Position numbers and translations under genes: made by a program
Part shown: in pieces, positions 57,371 to 64,000 of the stretch
Layout: the number at the start of each line of letters is the position of its first letter
How positions within the stretch are numbered: the first letter of the stretch is position 1
Origin: Ylistrum balloti
Lineage: Eukaryota
DNA: 64,000 bases
Assembly (NCBI RefSeq): GCF_031769215.1
Contig: NW_026782015.1
Span: forward strand, 930,001 to 994,000
Direction: 5' to 3'
Notes under the pieces: generated by a model
Told to the model about the DNA's origin: nothing
The model's input: the letters and a program-made list of their open reading frames with translations, nothing else
The model's database searches: none

Positions 57371-58788
57371 TCTTCTGCCTACCACAAATATCCTATATGA
57401 TTCTATAACTGGTACCTTCGGACTGTTGAGACACTACCTTAGAGATTCATAATTCACAGTGTATATATGCTACTAAATGTACATGTAATAATAGTTTTTT
57501 ACATGGAGGTCGAGAATACATCCTCTTAATATCCCTAAAACACATAGAGCACCCTACCTATGTACCAACAACATTACCTCACCTGTATAGAGTCCTTTGT
57601 ACCGTGTCTTTGTGTTGTTAAATCAGTCATATTCTGACATAAAAGTTCGCCTTTTTTGTGATATTGCAGCATAAATACTTGATATCTGCCATGTGCAAGA
57701 TTATTTCCTAGAATAACAATGACTTTGCATTGCCATCATGTCTAACAGAATACATCTTCCTAATCCTACCTACAACTCCAGATTCCATTTATAGAGACCT
57801 GCTGTGTAAAACTGTACATTAATCTGGGCATTAAATTCTAGTACTAGCATGACATGTCTTTGGTTTCCATAAAGTTATACACTGAAGCAGCTTATAATAA
57901 AACATTTGGATAATTTTGTTACCTGATAATGTACTTATGTAAATAACTTATTTGATGTCACTGATACTAGTGAATCATTGAGTTGATGGTTTTGTGTAAA
58001 TAATTTTGGCTGGCTGAGTACTATGTTTAAATGATTAGCAAACAGTCACTGTCACATTGATAAGTTATGTTTAAGTAAGATAACCTCTCTCACACACACA
58101 TGCACAGGTATATATATATAAACATATAGCTGAATTCACAGTGTCTGGTGACTTATGCTTAAATTGAAGTGTTGTTTGAAGTTATTTTAATATATATATA
58201 TAAATAATGAAATTGAAAATGCCTTTGATTAGTAAAGCACAAGCATTTTGGTATGCTTTTTTTAACTTTCTAATATACATGTATATTACAGTTCATGTCA
58301 TATCACACAACACATGCAATTTTCATTTTCTCTACTCTATCTGATATACAATGGCACAAGACATAAACTGTACAGAATTTTAAAACACTTCCATTAGTTT
58401 TACTAATCAGAAGTTCTCCAATTTTACTAATTTTCTATATATGTACCAGACACTCTGAATTTTAACTTTTTAATATCTATTACAGTTCATGTCCATGCCA
58501 TATAATACAATATATGTATTCAATTCTCTTTTTCTCCACAACATCTGACATACAATGGCACATAAAACCTGTACAGAAGATTAAAACTCTTTATGTGTAG
58601 GAGATATGTATCATCAATATACATCTGATGCATTGAAATAGAAATCCAATTAATGTTTAGACTACTAAATGCAAAAGAGGTCCTCACACAACCTGAAGAA
58701 TTATTTTTTTTATGAATGAAATAATTAGACAAGTATTTGTGATATTTCTTTAGATGAAATCACCCCTATTGTGAAACGGACTCCCTGC

Positions 58789-61054
58789 CTACTCATACTG
58801 CCCTATGAGGACCATCATATATATACCGACTAGAAGTGCGAAGATTTCCTTTACAGATTGACCTAGAGTAGAGTCTTCCAACAGCTCTGGTATAACAGAC
58901 ACTGTAGCTATATAGATAAACCCTCCTGCAGTAAATGGAAGAATCCAGACAGTAGCTGCTTCCCCGACACCTTCTGCAAGCAGACTGCATACTGTCCCTA
59001 GCATGGCTCCAATAGCTGTGGAGAACTGCAACATCATGGCCTGTAAAAAACAACAATAGGTTCTAAATTAAAGGAACAAGATAACTCATACACAACTAAC
59101 AATAGGTTTTTATGCCAATTCAAATGATTCTTCAGATTTTCATACAATGAAACTTCACTCATAAGACCACCATTGGAACTAGACAATAGTGGTCTTAATA
59201 GCAAGGTGATTGGAATAGTATGACCAAGTAAGCAAACTTCCCTCATAACCATTAACTCATAAAAAGGATTTTTTTTGGGCTGTAGTCAATTCAAATAGGC
59301 AGAATGGGGGACCATAGACTCTCACACATCTATGACCAAGTGTTAAACAAAGCTTAGCCGAACTGACTACAGTACATTGTTACCATCTAGTGTATTGTTT
59401 TGGTCTATAATCTGTTTACCATCTCGTCACACTATTTTCAACATTAGTGTTCATAGGATTATAGTGCAACCGAAAAAGTTGGTCGATCCCGTACCATCTC
59501 GTACACTATGTACGTCGGTGCTAGTACACTCCACACTGGTCATTTGTCTGATGAAGGTGACTGTGTAGTCATCGAAACATCACACTCTAATCTTCTACTG
59601 GTTGTGTTATAAGAAATACTATTCTATGGCAAATCTACAGCTAATGAAACAAGTTGTTAAAACCTCTGAAGTTTGAGTCTATACCTTTCTTTTTGTGCAG
59701 CCAGATTGGACAAGAATTGCAAAATCTCCAATTTCATGTGGAATCTCGTGTAGAAATATTGTGATTGTCGTGATGATTCCAAGGTTGCGGCCCATCAGGA
59801 AAGATGCCCCAATCGCTAGTCCATCCGTAAAATTGTGAGCAAAATCTGCAGCAAGGTTAAGGTAGCCAGCCACCTTGATATCCTCTACCGGTTCAGCTGA
59901 TGAAGATAGAGAGAAACCAATTCTACAAATGTTTATGTATATCATATATCTATATGTATACACCCATTGAAAACACAATACCTATAAAGGTCTTGTGAAA
60001 ATTAATGACTGTTGGAAACAAATAATTTGATTGTTCTTTGATCTAACAAAAATGAAATCAAATCGATAGACTTGACTATAGATAAAAGTTAAGAAATAAA
60101 CAATTACATAATAAGAAATATTTAGAGTTAACAAGCCCTGATGACTGCTCAATCATTTTTTTTACAAATGTTTAAAGATGAAATAAAAATGTAATACCTC
60201 CCAGGATAATACAAAATCCTTTAATGAGTATTATCAATTCATTCTTATGGAAGGAGAGGAATTATACCTGGACTTTTCGTTTCTTTTTTACCAACAGTAT
60301 CATCTTTCTTGTTAGTTTTCCCTTCATCAGTGGTTTTTGAATCCTCCTTTTTAGTGTCCTTTTTGGCTGGTGCCTTTATTGCCCCATGACTATGGGAATG
60401 GGAGTGTCCACCTTTAACATAACGAACAAATTTCTCCACAATAAGGAAAGCGACAATTCCAGCAAGTACCCATAAACCGATGGACATGTCATGTGAATGT
60501 CCACCTTCCCCTTCATGGGAATGACCATGGCTATGGCTGTGGGAATGTTCCTCGCCATGGCTATGGGGCGAGACGGCATGTGGTATAAGATGAAGGAATG
60601 CATCACCAAGGAGACCACCTGAGGCAAAGCTTAGTAAAACTTTCAACAACGGTGAACTTTCCTTTGTGTTTTCTAATGGAATAAATAAGAGAATAAATAC
60701 AGGTGATATGCTTATGATAAACGTGGCCCCTATGGCTTGAACCCAAAGCATCAGGCCAGATTCTCTACGGACAGTCTTGCTGGCGATCGGCGGTTGTGTA
60801 TCGTCTGCGTGTCCATGAGCGTGACCATGTCCATGTGCGTGCCCATGTCCATGGTCGTGTGCATGTCCATGATCATCTTCTACATTAGCTTTCTTCGAAT
60901 ACTTAAATGACGGGTTTTCTTCCGGTTGTTCATGGCTATGGCCGTGTTCATGACCACCCACAAAACCGATAACAATACAGGCAAACAACAACAGAACGAC
61001 AGAGACCGAGAACACAACCCTTGGGAAGTTTCCCCGTATGCCGGTGTTCGTCAT
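58789..61054 (-). CDS. SLC39A7: Zinc transporter SLC39A7 / ZIP7 (Catsup/KE4-like), 3 exons, 416 aa
   Basis: Exons 61054-60268 (phase 1 donor CAG|GTATAA), 59896-59685 (ATCAG|CTGAAC; AAG|GTATAG), 59040-58789 (TTTACAG|GCCATG; TAG). Signal peptide, His-rich N-terminus and loops, [47 protein letters not shown] (LIV-1 HEXPHEXGD motif), [22 protein letters not shown]. Confidence 0.96.
59545..59584 (+). ncRNA. Penelope-type minimal hammerhead ribozyme motif in SLC39A7 intron 2 (antisense to the gene)
   Basis: TGT-CTGATGA-A-GGTGAC-TGTGTA-GTCATC-GAAAC-ATC-ACA: intact CUGAUGA/GAAA, 6-bp stem II, 3-bp stem I TGT/ACA; GAAACATC is one CpG-type transition from canonical GAAACGTC. Confidence 0.6.
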
Positions 61055-63049
61055 AGCTATCCCTTTGCAATGTACGTGGCCTAAAAATCAACACCTTAAG
61101 AACGCTTCATTCCGACGAAGAGATATACTTAGAATACAAACGTGACTGCGAGGTAGATTTTTCGCGTCGACTCGGATACTCTCTTGATTTTTCTCCCGAT
61201 AGGGAAACTGAAAGTAAAAGTAGGAAAAATTAACACTCGGAAGATTGATTTAGAAAGAAATGTTCCATATATCGTTATTCTTGAATTTATAACCTTAATT
61301 AACATGGTAGTATGTTAAATGTTTTTAAACATACCAAACGCCATATAGACTAAATGCATATGTCCCTGTAGTTATTGTAATGCATGACGATTTCATCTAA
61401 ACCTTTTTCCCGTTCTGAAATCATATCATCATATATCGTTGCATCTTTGAAAATAACCTTTTTGACCCAAGTAGATAACTACGCCAAGCATTCTAAAACA
61501 ATACACATTTGTGTAAATTTCGGAACAATAATTCGCATTCGAGTGGAAAATATTTTTTAGTACAGACATTTTCAGTTTATCTTGAGAAAAAAAAAAAACA
61601 TCTAGAGTGTCACGAAAATTCAATCTACGGCTATAATACCTTTAAAGAGACAACAGCTACCTACCTATCACGGATATCACGAAATCTTGTCTTTTTACTG
61701 TCATACGGCGGCATTTCAATTATGCTTGTTTCCTTGGTATGAGCAGAGACGTATAATCTGTTATACCCTATGCAACCCTAGTATGAGCTAGTGTCTCTAA
61801 AGTAAACATGATAATATGGTCAGCTTTATTCTTAACCTTCACGACAGGACAAGAACTACGGTCTCTGAACTTCAGCAAAATGACGTGCTCAGTGTAGAAA
61901 GACGGCTTTGTCAACTTGTTAAATATTAACTAAAATTCCTCTAGGTATTTGCGTGAATTTTTCACCGTTGATAACAATATGGTACCAACCCCAGAAATTC
62001 AAATTCAATTATATACAGATGTCATGGATAATAATCATCTTGTTATTATTTTTCTTTCCAGTTGCAGATTGGAACACTTCGCCAGATTTCATAAAAAATT
62101 AAAAAATTAATATAAATTCAAATCCAATTTTAAAGATAACAATTCTGATGATCTCTTTGTCCGCTACACATTGTACTCGGCTCTATATATCCATTTAATC
62201 CAAAGTAAAAGAGTCACACCACTGTTCCGATTAAATTACATAATTTAATAATTAATAAGTTGTATTGTTATCGGGTTTGTAAAATGTAATACCTTAAATA
62301 CTGTACGATGAGGTAATGTAACGTGCTTTTTTTACTTGAATGGATAGCATTGTGATAGTATTGTTATTAATGTCTGGAAATGATCAAGTCCGCAATTCGA
62401 ACAGGAGCGTATATATATATATATATATATATAGGTTTCTGGTCAGATAGTTACTCTAAATCTACAGAAATATACAGGGTCAGTACACAACATTCATAGT
62501 ATCTATCAAATACATGTACACCACAGACAAATAAAATACATAACATGATTGCACCATTTTTTTTTTTTTTTTAATCAATAACAATTTCAAAGATACACAA
62601 TACAGACGGCCATAATCTGAGTACAATGTAGTGTTTGCCCGCAAAGCTGTGTCGTTAATAACAGTCTTAGATGAATGCTAATGATTATGTCGTTTTAACA
62701 TCAGTACAAGCCCTTTAGGCCTCTGAAAGCGTATCTTTGTAGGATCAATTGTCAGAGCGGGTAATAATAGAACATGTACTTGTAAACTTGGAGGGTTCGT
62801 CGCTCCAATGTTTGTTTAGCCGCGATTTAAAGTAAAGCATCTAATTCATAAACGTTTCATCCAAAGCTTGCTGTCTTATACAGATTAAAATACCGACAAA
62901 CAAGAAAGTATAATAGATAAGTAAAATGATTTACATATATGCATATCTAATATACGTAATGCGCAATTTAATGCCAAATATGGCAATCAAAGGGAAATCT
63001 AGGTGTACGACAGATCAAGTAAAGCTATTCAAACGCTGACAAGAGGAAC

Positions 63050-63195
63050 TTCCCCCACCCCAACACTAAGGCAGTATTGGACACCTGTAGACACCATTTC
63101 CCTCAGCAACACTAAGGAAGTGGTATACACTCTCCTCTCCTTCCAACACGAAGGAAGTTGCGGACACCCTTTCCTAGCCAACACGAAACAACCGC
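63050..63195. repeat. Degenerate ~42-bp tandem repeat, ~3.5 copies
   Basis: CAACAC(T/G)AAGG(C/A)AGT...GACACC recurs at ~63061, 63107, 63144, 63179. Confidence 0.6.
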
Positions 63196-64000
63196 AAACA
63201 TGCTTCATATTACGTTAACGTTGTACTAACAATGCCGGTTCCGGCTGCTCCACGCTTCCCCCAAACACCAATGGAATCTGGTTACTCGCAAATATATATA
63301 ATACCTTTCGACTGATGTACTGTACGCATAACTAGTGCTAAGCCGGAGAAACACAGCGGTGCTGATTAAGGTAAGTAATCTTCGCACCACGTGTTAACGA
63401 GCACAACGAGTGGACGTGGTGGTAATATATTATCCTTACCACCACGCGGTGCTCTGTGTATTGAACCGACACGTGTACAAGTGTACATGTTTTGTTTCAT
63501 ATGTTATTTGTAGGTTCATATGTATTGCTGTTACGATAGCCGACAAGAGCCATATCATTCTGTAACATAGTACATTTGTTCATGGTAAAAAAATATGAAC
63601 GTGCACTTTTTTATGTATCATCGTTGGTACAACATGGACAAATATCTTCTCATCGCATTTGTATGTTTTTGTACCAGAATAATGGCCGCAAACAGCCATG
63701 GTACACAACTAGAATGAAAGGTTACCATGTATGACAAATTACATCCTGATAAGGCTGTCATCACAACTAGCGACATTTTAACGTAATTTTTATTTGGTAC
63801 AAAAGATATGAAAATTCATATTATTTTGTTAGGCTCTTGTCGGCCATCGTATGATGTACACTGTCCTGTTAAATGCTGTATTTGTACGTGTCTACTGTTA
63901 TCAGGTCACACACATGTATACACTGGAGGTCACTTGCCTGATGTAGAAACATTGTATGTATGACTTCGTCCATTATTGTAAATATTACACACCTGTGCGC

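Overview
AT-rich eukaryotic (animal, most likely bivalve mollusc - inference from repeat types and gene content) genomic window, not prokaryotic. Three protein-coding genes can be reconstructed by hand: (1) a ~51-kb, ~22-exon minus-strand TDRD5/Tejas-Tapas-like germline gene (4 LOTUS domains + 1 extended Tudor + low-complexity tail, ~1280 aa; 52565->1743) whose GT-AG junctions and phases all fit except the donor of exon 13; (2) an intronless-CDS RING/B-box/B-box/coiled-coil/NHL TRIM gene on the + strand (26794-29028) nested antisense in the ~28-kb intron 13 of TDRD5; (3) a 3-exon SLC39A7 (ZIP7/Catsup) zinc transporter on the minus strand (61054->58789). Roughly a quarter of the window is minisatellite. 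The most striking pattern is that at least five of the arrays are tandem amplifications of the TDRD5 exon-intron junctions themselves (up to ~45 copies of a splice acceptor, ~6-21 copies of donors), so genuine splice sites sit at the edge of long ladders of decoy sites. Also present: two copies of a TA-flanked TIR transposon (Tc2/pogo-like), a TTAA-flanked MITE, HINE-like elements, and three Penelope-type minimal hammerhead-ribozyme motifs. Most long ORFs in the supplied track are artefacts of tandem repeats.
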